Program-made: the position numbers and the translations under genes
Shown: positions 40,501 to 48,300 of the stretch, in pieces
Numbering within the stretch: position 1 is the first letter of the stretch
Layout: every line of letters starts with the position of its first letter
The notes under the pieces: model-generated
Told to the model about the DNA's origin: nothing
The model's input: only the letters and a program-made list of their open reading frames with translations
Database searches by the model: none
Origin: a bacterium
Lineage (GTDB): Bacteria; Electryoneota; Electryoneia; Electryoneales; Electryoneaceae
Assembly: GCA_963669175.1 (NCBI GenBank)
Contig: OY769902.1
Location: 4,096,001 to 4,160,000, forward strand
Length of the DNA: 64,000 nt
Direction: 5' to 3'

Positions 40501-41593
40501 TACGCTTCAGGAATTGGACGCGAACGATGACTTTGATTTCGAAATCGGGTTCAGCCAGGATGACCTTGATGAATTGATTCAGGCCAAGAAAGAAATGGAT
40601 CGAAAGCCGGCAGCGCCTCCTTCACTTGGTCAGAAGGGGCCGCTAGGTCAGGATGACATCTCGGCCCTGTTTGCCAACCGAAGCCAGGTAAAAACTGAAG
40701 AGCCTCTGGCTGAACAGAAAGCAGAAAAACCTGTCGAAGATATCCCCGTTGAAGCAGTCGGTAACACAGGCAAGCCATTCAACCAGGACGATATTTCTGC
40801 ACTCTTCAGCCAGGTGAAGGAAAAAGGACAGGAAGCACACGAAGAGTTGGTGGAAGAATCGCTGGAAGACGAGCAACCGACTTCAGTTGCAGATATCATG
40901 AACGCCGCGCCGGATGAATCCCCAGTGGAAATGGCGGCCAGTGAGGCTGAAGCAATCGAAACTGAGACTGATAAAGTTGTACCAGTTGAAGAAGAAGAAG
41001 AAGTAGCAGCCGAAACGCCTGAAGCAGATGAAGCTCAGGAAATTGCAGCTTCGGAAGACATGCCTGTATCGCCATCAAAAACAACCCTGTTCAACCAGGA
41101 TGATATCAACTCCCTGCTTCGTGACATGGGCAGTATTCGTAGATCCGGTCCCAAACCGACTATTTCGCAAACCTTGTCCCAACCTCCCGCTGAACCGGAA
41201 ATACCGGAAGAAGCTGCGGAAGAAGTTGAATTGGCCGCAGAGCCGGTTATTGAGAAAGCTGCCGCCCAGAAAGATCCAGATGGCAGGTTTGACCTTGATC
41301 AATGGTTCCATTCCAAGCAGGATGATCAGGAAGCCGGCCCGACGCCCGAGAAGCCTTTGCCCAAACCGGCAAAGCCCCAGCCCCCTGTTGGGCAAGCGGG
41401 GACAAGCGCGCGCAAGGCCGTATTGCGTGGACCGGTCACAAAGACATTTGCGCGCCTGTTGTTGAAACAGGGCCACTCAGACCTTGCCTCTATCATTGCA
41501 CACCGGTTGTATTTGTTGAACCCGGAAGACCCGGAAGTGATTGATCTCCTGGCCGAGTCCATCTCCGGTATGGAAGAACCGGACGTCGAGTAG
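37541..41593 (+). CDS. TPR protein with long acidic disordered region carrying arrayed FliM-N-like peptides
   Basis: N-terminal TPRs; Glu/Pro-rich centre with 11 tandem FSQDDI(D/N)ALLKGG units; C-terminal TPR-like TKTFARLLLKQGH; GGAGG RBS; no signal peptide or TM helix. Confidence 0.85.
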   Translation: MSQRSALKNDLSRYKKLVKKNPLLFSRVADIELKLGQYKSARKRLEDGLRYHPDHSTGRLLLAKAMEKTGSREEAIDELRTLVKQEPMNTRARREFIAALTDSGHTDELRRQMFQLYQIDPEDKQSRKGLRTLILAKVREKHPNIHDWPEEWLLADFTREGALAKRVARDMNLAEERPCPPDDVVPALEDTDIIDTKDELRRLGEPLDQPSVAAPKKQPDTPETAVEVSQEDLDETMHGELNTPEEWQLDKQEATGTVTTEPVEEIGDEATEADEDDSALAALQADMAAMQFDQEKHAAPTEMKDETLVGDEASTVATFDVEPLPDDTEAEAGMMAEPADETVLEAETSVDEEVTTIEEPGIPTEEADDTSLEDEETDETEDEEQEEEEEEEEEEEYNPVKEALRAAGLEPKNYVDVKKLLALTEQEEPSLIQKPSIKKAAKRQKPAPTEEKPVDDAEAATAPVQLPADQEQKSAAEDKAGDESGKTAPAETDAATQPEEQTPQVEIDDLDTSFSKSDIDSMFKEAGITSKEELQQMQKEEHEELKQEDSSETIEPGDIEEEKPEEPAPADVPEATDTESADFNQADLNALFDQKQDDEDSSSFSQDDINALLKGGASKPEPAPEPEEEPAPSAGGGSFSQDDIDALLKGGASKPEPEPEPEPEPEEEPEPSAGGGSFSQDDIDALLKGGASKPAPEPEPEEEPEPSAGGGSFSQDDIDALLKGGASKPAPEPEEEPEPSAGGGSFSQDDIDALLKGGASKPAPEPEPEEEPEPSAGGGSFSQDDIDALLKGGASKPEPEPEPEPEPEEEPAPSAGGGSFSQDDIDALLKGGASRPEPEPEPEEEPAPSTGGGSFSQDDIDALLKGGASKPEPEPEEEPAPSAGGGSFSQDDIDALLKGGASKPESEPEPEEEPAPSGGGGSFSQDDIDALLKGGASKPEPEPEPEEEPAPSAGGGSFSQDDIDALLKGGASKPEPEENEMSQAAARTLQELDANDDFDFEIGFSQDDLDELIQAKKEMDRKPAAPPSLGQKGPLGQDDISALFANRSQVKTEEPLAEQKAEKPVEDIPVEAVGNTGKPFNQDDISALFSQVKEKGQEAHEELVEESLEDEQPTSVADIMNAAPDESPVEMAASEAEAIETETDKVVPVEEEEEVAAETPEADEAQEIAASEDMPVSPSKTTLFNQDDINSLLRDMGSIRRSGPKPTISQTLSQPPAEPEIPEEAAEEVELAAEPVIEKAAAQKDPDGRFDLDQWFHSKQDDQEAGPTPEKPLPKPAKPQPPVGQAGTSARKAVLRGPVTKTFARLLLKQGHSDLASIIAHRLYLLNPEDPEVIDLLAESISGMEEPDVE
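39347..40470 (+). repeat. Coding tandem repeat, 11 units of about 99-117 bp
   Basis: TTCAGCCAGGA(C/T)GATAT recurs 11 times; units differ by the number of PE dipeptides. Confidence 0.95.
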
Positions 41594-41612
41594 AACGGGG
41601 AGAAATTCCGTT

Positions 41613-42218
41613 GTGAAGACACTTCCTGCGATTGGTCTGACAGGTAATATCGGATGTGGAAAATCAACCGTAGCTGCTGTCTGGCAGGAGCTGGGCGCAA
41701 CGATCATCGACGCTGACCAGGTTGGACGTGATGTTGTTGCTTTCGAGACTGAATACCTGGACTGGCTGAAAGATCGGTTTGGGACGAGTATATTCTCCGG
41801 TGACGCACTGAATCGTGCCGTACTGGGCCGAATTGTCTTTTCTGATAAGCAAGCGCGAGATGATATGAATCATCACATCTGGCCTTTTATCAGCCAACGC
41901 CTATCCGACGCTATAACATCAGCCCGATCCGGTGAACAAATTCCTGTAGTCGATGCTGCCTTGATTTTTGAATGGCAGGACGCATCGCGTTATGACGAAA
42001 TTGTCGTTGTAACTTGCGATGTTGATCAGGCCATTGCGCGTGCAGCCATACGAATGAATCTTACCGTCGATGAGATGCGGGACCGTTCCAGGAGCCAGAT
42101 TTCACAGGAGGAAAAAGCGGCTCGTGCGCACTACGTTTTGCAGAATACCGGAACGCTAAGAGAATTGAAAGAAAAAGCGGCACATTATTGGCATGATTGT
42201 GTCGCGCGTTTTTCTTGA
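41613..42218 (+). CDS. coaE: Dephospho-CoA kinase
   Basis: IGLTGNIGCGKSTV, IIDAD, LNRAVLGRIVF, DAALIFE; GTG start with GGGGAG RBS. Confidence 0.95.
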   Translation: MKTLPAIGLTGNIGCGKSTVAAVWQELGATIIDADQVGRDVVAFETEYLDWLKDRFGTSIFSGDALNRAVLGRIVFSDKQARDDMNHHIWPFISQRLSDAITSARSGEQIPVVDAALIFEWQDASRYDEIVVVTCDVDQAIARAAIRMNLTVDEMRDRSRSQISQEEKAARAHYVLQNTGTLRELKEKAAHYWHDCVARFS

Positions 42219-42284
42219 GAAATTCTGACAAACCTGGTTTTGGTCTCTCAGGTTGCCATGCCAGGTTATTTGGAGGGGAAACAG

Positions 42285-43871
42285 GTGCGGGGTTTACAAC
42301 GTCTTGCAATTATCCTGATGCTATGTGCTGTATTTGTTTCAGTGCAGGCTCAGACCGACGGTGATCCTCAGGATCAACGGGAAGATGCTACCGCCCCACC
42401 GCCGCAAATTGCCGGGGAGCTGGAGCTGGAGAAGGCCCTGTCGGAGCGGCTTGAAGAGATGCTTCAGCCACTGGTCGGACCAACGGTGGTCATGGTGGAC
42501 ATCACCCTCGGTGAGGTGCCCGTTGAATTGCAGGGGTACATTTACAGCCAGTCTCGCAGTCTGCCGGGATTACCGGTTTCAGTGAGTGAAGATGTTCGCA
42601 GAATGCAGGAATCCGGCTGGTATTTCAGTGAGATATCCAAAACCATTATTCATGTATTTGTTTCGGGATCCATGTCGGAACGTGAGATTGAACGTATACA
42701 CGAACTGATCCCGATCTGGATTTCTATCAATTCCAGTCGCGGTGACCAGATTATTATTGAACGATCACCATTCATCAATCCCCCGTTGACCCTTATTCAG
42801 TATCTATACTCGAAGCGAGGGTTGTGGACCGCAATCCTTATCCTTGCAGGCCTGATTGTGCTTGCCGGAGTTGTCTACTCCGCGATTTCCAGGTTTTCGC
42901 GCTACCGTATGGTGGAATCACCTGTCGGCCATGAGCAGGAAGGCGGCGGCGCTAGCATGTCCACCACAGACCTCGCCAAATTGTTGGGAATGGCAATGGG
43001 CGGTGGCAGCGGTGCTGGTGGTGTTGGCGGAACCGCGCCCGGCGGTGGCGTTGGCGGCGGGTCCGGCGGCGTTGGCGGCGGCGGTATTGGCGGCGGCGCT
43101 GGCGGTGCTGGTGGCGTTGGCGGAGGCGCTGGTAGCGATGCTGCGATATTGAGTCTGCCTGATGGTGAGATTCCCATCCGAATTGTGCGCGACAAGGAAT
43201 CAGAGGGGAAAAACCGTGGTGTTCTGGCAAAAGTAGCCAACATGAACGCACTTAGCCTCCTCAAATTGATCGAAGGAGAGAGCCCTGACTTTGCAGCGCT
43301 GGCGTTAACCTCGGCCAAGCCTGACATTGCCGGTAAAATTATTGGTGAACTACCGGAACAACAGAGAAAAGAGATCCTGGCTTATTGGGATATCCTGGAG
43401 AAAAACGATGCGGACAAGATCAACCAGATGGTTGAGCGTATCCGCAAGAAGCATACAACAGTCAGCTCTGTAGCCATTTCTCTTGGCGATGGGACCGCGA
43501 AGCTTTCGAACATCATCAACGCTCTGCCTGATCGTGAAGCGCAGGAACTTTACGCCAGCCTGACCAATGCTGATCCCGCCCTGGCAAAGCGTGTGCGCAA
43601 GAGTGTATTCTTCCTCAGCGACTTGATGAACCTGGAAGAGGCCACACTGAAACGTGTTGTTCTGCGTCTCCCGAACCCGACGCTCGCAGCTCTGATATCT
43701 ACTGCTTCAGATGATGTAAAGAATGTCGTATTCGCTTGTCTGTCACGACGGGCGATCAACATGGTGTCTGAGGAAATGGCCATGCGTCGTTCCAAGTCAC
43801 GTGACCGCATAGCCGAAGCAAAACGCACCTTCCTGGATACGTTGCAGCAGGTGCAGGAAACCAGTTTGTGA
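42285..43871 (+). CDS. FliF(RBM3)-like periplasmic domain, TM helix, Gly-rich linker and FliG middle/C-terminal domains in one fusion protein
   Basis: Signal peptide (VQA|Q). FliF-like LEEMLQPLVGP and INSSRGDQIIIERSPF. FliG-like ESPD, DPALAKRVRKSVFFLSDL and LSRRAINMVSEEM. GGAGG 8 nt before GTG 42285. Confidence 0.8.
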   Translation: MRGLQRLAIILMLCAVFVSVQAQTDGDPQDQREDATAPPPQIAGELELEKALSERLEEMLQPLVGPTVVMVDITLGEVPVELQGYIYSQSRSLPGLPVSVSEDVRRMQESGWYFSEISKTIIHVFVSGSMSEREIERIHELIPIWISINSSRGDQIIIERSPFINPPLTLIQYLYSKRGLWTAILILAGLIVLAGVVYSAISRFSRYRMVESPVGHEQEGGGASMSTTDLAKLLGMAMGGGSGAGGVGGTAPGGGVGGGSGGVGGGGIGGGAGGAGGVGGGAGSDAAILSLPDGEIPIRIVRDKESEGKNRGVLAKVANMNALSLLKLIEGESPDFAALALTSAKPDIAGKIIGELPEQQRKEILAYWDILEKNDADKINQMVERIRKKHTTVSSVAISLGDGTAKLSNIINALPDREAQELYASLTNADPALAKRVRKSVFFLSDLMNLEEATLKRVVLRLPNPTLAALISTASDDVKNVVFACLSRRAINMVSEEMAMRRSKSRDRIAEAKRTFLDTLQQVQETSL

Positions 43872-43881
43872 GGAAACGAGC

Positions 43882-44637
43882 ATGAAGCTTACATCTTTGT
43901 TTGGTCTGCTCATGGGCCTCGGACTGGTATTCGTTGCAATCATTTCCCGTGGCAGTCTGCTGCAGTTTATCAGTATTGAGTCCATCTTTATTGTGCTGGG
44001 TGGCACTGTCGGCGCCACTCTGCTGTCCTTCAACCGGGATCAGCTTGAAATTGCAATCCGCGCAATTCGTGTCGTCTTCTTCGATACCACTCCCCCACCG
44101 GATAACCTGATCCCGATTATGGTGGACCTGGTAAAACAGGCGCGTGTGAATGGTGTTGGTTCATTGGAAGTTCCTGAAGGCGAGGGCGAACGAAATGAGT
44201 TCCTCCACAAAGCAGTGGACATGCTGATTGACGGTATTGAACCGAGTGTCGCCGCTCAGATTTTGCAGGGCGAATCGGACGCTATCGCATCACGCTATCG
44301 TATGAGCGAGCGACTGTTCACAGTCATGGGCACATATACCCCTCTGTTCGGATTGTTGGGCACAGTCATCGGTCTGATCATCATGCTTTCCAGCGTAAAT
44401 GATCCCATGGCTATCCCGGGCGCGATGGCGGTTGCCATGTTGACCACATTTTACGGCGTTCTGTTCAGCGCCATGATTTTCCGTCCCATGGCGACCAAGA
44501 TTCGCGCATGGAACTATGATGAAATCCAACTGCGTGACCTGATTATCGAAACCATGATGCACATTTCTGAAGGTGTCAACTCGCAGATTTCGCAGGAACG
44601 TCTGCAATCGCAGTACCGTACCCGGAGGCGTGGCTAA
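43882..44637 (+). CDS. motA: Stator A subunit (MotA/PomA/MotP family)
   Basis: IVLGGTVGA; ARVNGVGSLE (conserved Arg/Glu); PLFGLLGTVIGLI; AMAVAMLTTFYG. Confidence 0.93.
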   Translation: MKLTSLFGLLMGLGLVFVAIISRGSLLQFISIESIFIVLGGTVGATLLSFNRDQLEIAIRAIRVVFFDTTPPPDNLIPIMVDLVKQARVNGVGSLEVPEGEGERNEFLHKAVDMLIDGIEPSVAAQILQGESDAIASRYRMSERLFTVMGTYTPLFGLLGTVIGLIIMLSSVNDPMAIPGAMAVAMLTTFYGVLFSAMIFRPMATKIRAWNYDEIQLRDLIIETMMHISEGVNSQISQERLQSQYRTRRRG

Positions 44638-45338
44638 TGGCAGGCCCTCGTCGCTGGAATCCCAAGAGAAGACGGGTCATCGAACCGGAACATGAAGGTG
44701 AACCCTGGCTGACCACGTATGGCGACCTGATGACGTTGCTGCTGGTGTTCTTTGTCCTGTTCTACATCTTTTCCGTAACGGGGCAAATGCCTTTCCTGAA
44801 AGAAGCGTTTGAACGCTTCCAGATGAAATCGGAAGCGCCCGCCGCACTTGACGCACAGGAATTTGAACAGATCGAGGAAGCCGGTGGTGAAATCGTCATT
44901 TCAATCCCTTCCAACGTCCTGTTTGACCTGGGACAAGCTGATATCAAACGGGAAGCGATGTATGTTTTGCAGGATGCGGTAAAACAGATCAAAGATCATT
45001 TGATAGATGCGCCACATGCGCAGATACGTGTGGAAGGCTACACCGACAACCTGCCGATCCATAATTACCAGTTCCGTTCCAATTGGGAACTCTCGGCTGC
45101 TCGTGCTATTGCTGTGGTTAAATACCTGATTGAAATTGAAGGATTTAAGCCCGAGCGTTTGCAGGCTATGGGGTATGGTGAGTACAACCCTGTCGTTCCG
45201 AATGATACCGCGGAAAACCGTCAGAAGAACCGTCGTGTTGAAATCAAGATTGTCAAATCTCCCGTTGACCAGAGCTTTGACGAGCTTTCCACGGGCGCAC
45301 CTTCTGGATTCCCATCGCAACAGGCGAGGAACGAATGA
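44637..45338 (+). CDS. motB: Stator B subunit (MotB/PomB/MotS family) with OmpA-like peptidoglycan-binding domain
   Basis: WLTTYGDLMTLLLVFF; VEGYTDN.PI; SNWELSAARA; NRRVEI; TAATG overlap with motA. Confidence 0.95.
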   Translation: MAGPRRWNPKRRRVIEPEHEGEPWLTTYGDLMTLLLVFFVLFYIFSVTGQMPFLKEAFERFQMKSEAPAALDAQEFEQIEEAGGEIVISIPSNVLFDLGQADIKREAMYVLQDAVKQIKDHLIDAPHAQIRVEGYTDNLPIHNYQFRSNWELSAARAIAVVKYLIEIEGFKPERLQAMGYGEYNPVVPNDTAENRQKNRRVEIKIVKSPVDQSFDELSTGAPSGFPSQQARNE

Positions 45339-48300
45339 AGCGGGTACGCTGGCATCTTTTCCTGTTGCTTTTTCTTCCGCTCTGCACGTTTGCTCAGAGC
45401 CGGATTGATCTCTCCCCCTGGCCGGGAAACATGGCCTGGTTTGGTGAAGGCACCCAGCGTGTCGGTGTCGCCATCGCCTCCGGTGATATGAATGGCGACG
45501 GTCTCTGGGATGTGGCCATTTCAGCGCCGGGCACAAGAAACAACTCCGGTGATGTATATGTATTCCTGGGCGATGGAGTCACGTTCGATTCAGTTCGTTT
45601 TGATAATCCCGCTGCAGAAGCCAACCTTGTCATAGAGGGTACTGCCGGGTTACAGATCGGTGTCAAGCTGGTGATGGGTGATCTGAACGGTGACGGACGT
45701 GACGATCTGGTCATCGGCGCGCCCCATGCCGACGACAGTCGCGGACGAGTCTGGGTTATCTTCGGCAGCGCATCTCCTTCCGGGACGGTTACTGAACCGG
45801 ATGTTGAAATCTTCGGCAGTGCGGACGGCGATCACTGTGGACGCGCCATTGGTATTACCAACATCGGTGACGATGCCTACAACGACATTGTCATCGGCTC
45901 CCCCAATGCAGACCCTCGCCAGCGAGACAGCGCGGGACGTGTTGATGTTATCGCCGGACGGGCTTCCTGGCCGGAAAACATATCCCTTTCTACACAGGCA
46001 TCGACTGTAACCGTATTTGGCGGCCAGACCGGTGAACAACTGGGTGAAGCCATCAGCGTCTGCCCCATTTTCCAGGGGACATTACTGGGCAACAACCTTA
46101 ACGGCGACGGGTATGGCGACCTGATTATCGGCGCTCCGGGACGAACCTACGCAGGGCGTACTGGCGCTGGCGCTGTCCATATTTTCGTCACCCCGGAAAG
46201 CCTGGCAGATACGGTAGACCTTACCACTGACAACGTCCCACTTCTGCAAGACTACCGTCAGCTCGGCGGCGCACAGACCCTGGATCTGACCGGCCGCGCT
46301 ATCGCTTCGTTTAACACAACGGGAATTCGTGGTGTCCTGATCGGCGCTCCGGCAGCGTTGCAGGACGGAGTGCGTGGCGGCGCTTTTTATTATATCACCT
46401 GGGATGAGATCAACACGGCCGCTCCTTGGGCAGATCTTCGGCAGGCAACCTACTTCCGGGTGAAATTTACCGGCGCGGCGGAGGATGATTCACTCGGCGC
46501 AGCGGTTGCAGGTATTGATGAGCTGATGATGGCGGCAGCGCCCGGGGCGAATTACCGGGCACGGGAAGAAGCCGGGCAGGTGGTTGCGATAACCGACAAC
46601 CCGATTCTGACAGGCATAATCCGTGTCGATACCCTTGACGCCAATGTCCGTCACTTTTTCGGTGCCGGTGCGGGCCATGACCTCGGTCGCTCACTGACCA
46701 TTGCTGATCTCGATGACGATGGCATCTTTGATCCCATCATGGGATCACACTCCCATACAGACTATGCCGGGGCTGTTCACGCCGTACGTGGCGGGCTGCC
46801 CTATTTCTTCAACATTTACCCGGCGCCGGGACAGGGAAATATTCCCAGCGAAGATACCCTGTCTTTCCGCATCAGTGATGATGAAACAGGAATTGCGACA
46901 GCCAGTTTTATCATGATCCTGGATGGCATCACGTACAACATTAACCATCCTGGTGTCAGCTACGAGATGAACGACGGGATCTATTCCTTTGAGCTGGTCC
47001 CGGAAGAACCCTTTGATATCAATGTTCCGATCAACGTGATCACCCATATCACAGACACACAGGGTAACCGTTCACCGCTCTGGTATTACCAGTTCATCAC
47101 CGGTCAGGATGTCACTGCGCCGTATCCCACTCAATTCTCCCCCGCACCGGGCGAAGTAAATGTCGCGACCACACGTGACATCGCCTTCAGTCTGCGTGAT
47201 GCCGGAGATGGTGTTGACAGCACGACAATCATGGTCGTGATTGATACGGATACGGTCCGCCAGGGCGATCCAGAGATGAGAATCAGCGGTTCCATTTCCA
47301 ATTACCGTGTCGTGATCAATCCCGAGTCTTCCTTGCCGCCAGACGCACAGATTGACGTACGAATTGAAGCGGCTGACCTTACGGAGCCATCCCCCAATTG
47401 GATGACACCGTACGATTATTTCTTCTTTACCTCACTAGATACAATTCCGCCGGAACTGGTTTTCATTTACCCGGAACCGGGCGTAACGATTGATGTCGGA
47501 ACCAAAATCAATTTCAGAATCATTGATACCGGATCAGGGGTAAATGCAGATTCTACCAAAATCCTTCGCACTCAGCAAAGTGGTGAAGAATACGGCGATC
47601 TGTTATTCGAAGCCATCTCACAGGGATACGCGTTCGTTCATAATCCTGAGAATAATCCCTATGATTCCGGGCTGTTGCAACTGACGGCACAATCACGTGA
47701 CCTGGCTGATGATCCCAATATCATGGAGGATTCAACCTGGTCCTATAATGTCATTGTGGATAACCGTGCGCCTGAACTGACTGAAGCGATACCGCACCCG
47801 GATAGTGTGGGATCAGCACGAAACACGCCGATTACCCTGACCATCATGGATAACGCGGCGGGGATCGACTCCACCACCTTGCAACTCGAAATTGATAATG
47901 TCTTTATCGCCCATCGCAATATCATCTGGGAACGCATCGAGCATCTTGGTTACCGGATTACCTACCAGCGTTCAGAAGGCATATACGGCGACAGTGTGAT
48001 CGTCCACCTGAACGTGTTTGACAAAACAATCCCGGACGGTATCGAACTGGATACCACATATATTTTCTATCCCGAGAACGATGATGAGCCGCCTTATTTC
48101 CTACTGGTTGATCCGCCGCAGGGATCGGAAGGTGTATCTGTGGAAGATTCCCTGATATGGGAAGCCGCGGACGACATGACCGGAATCGACCCATCCAGCG
48201 CCTACATCTCGATCAACAATGCGGACCATTCCGTACTGTTGCGATACAATACCCACCCTGTCACCCAGGGCGCACAATACAGGTTCGTCTATACTCCGCC

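Noticed and set aside
41613-42218. coaE as a functional part of the motor system
   Set aside because: An ordinary housekeeping enzyme often embedded in unrelated operons; only position links it.
43882-45338. Zorya ZorAB or ExbBD/TolQR interpretation of the motor pair
   Set aside because: The A subunit has no long ZorA tail and keeps flagellar stator motifs, a FliG-like gene is adjacent, and no zorC/D/E genes are present.
42285-45338. Decayed remnant of a flagellar operon
   Set aside because: The ORFs are intact, closely spaced or overlapping, and retain torque and ion-binding residues. This cannot be fully excluded without the rest of the genome.
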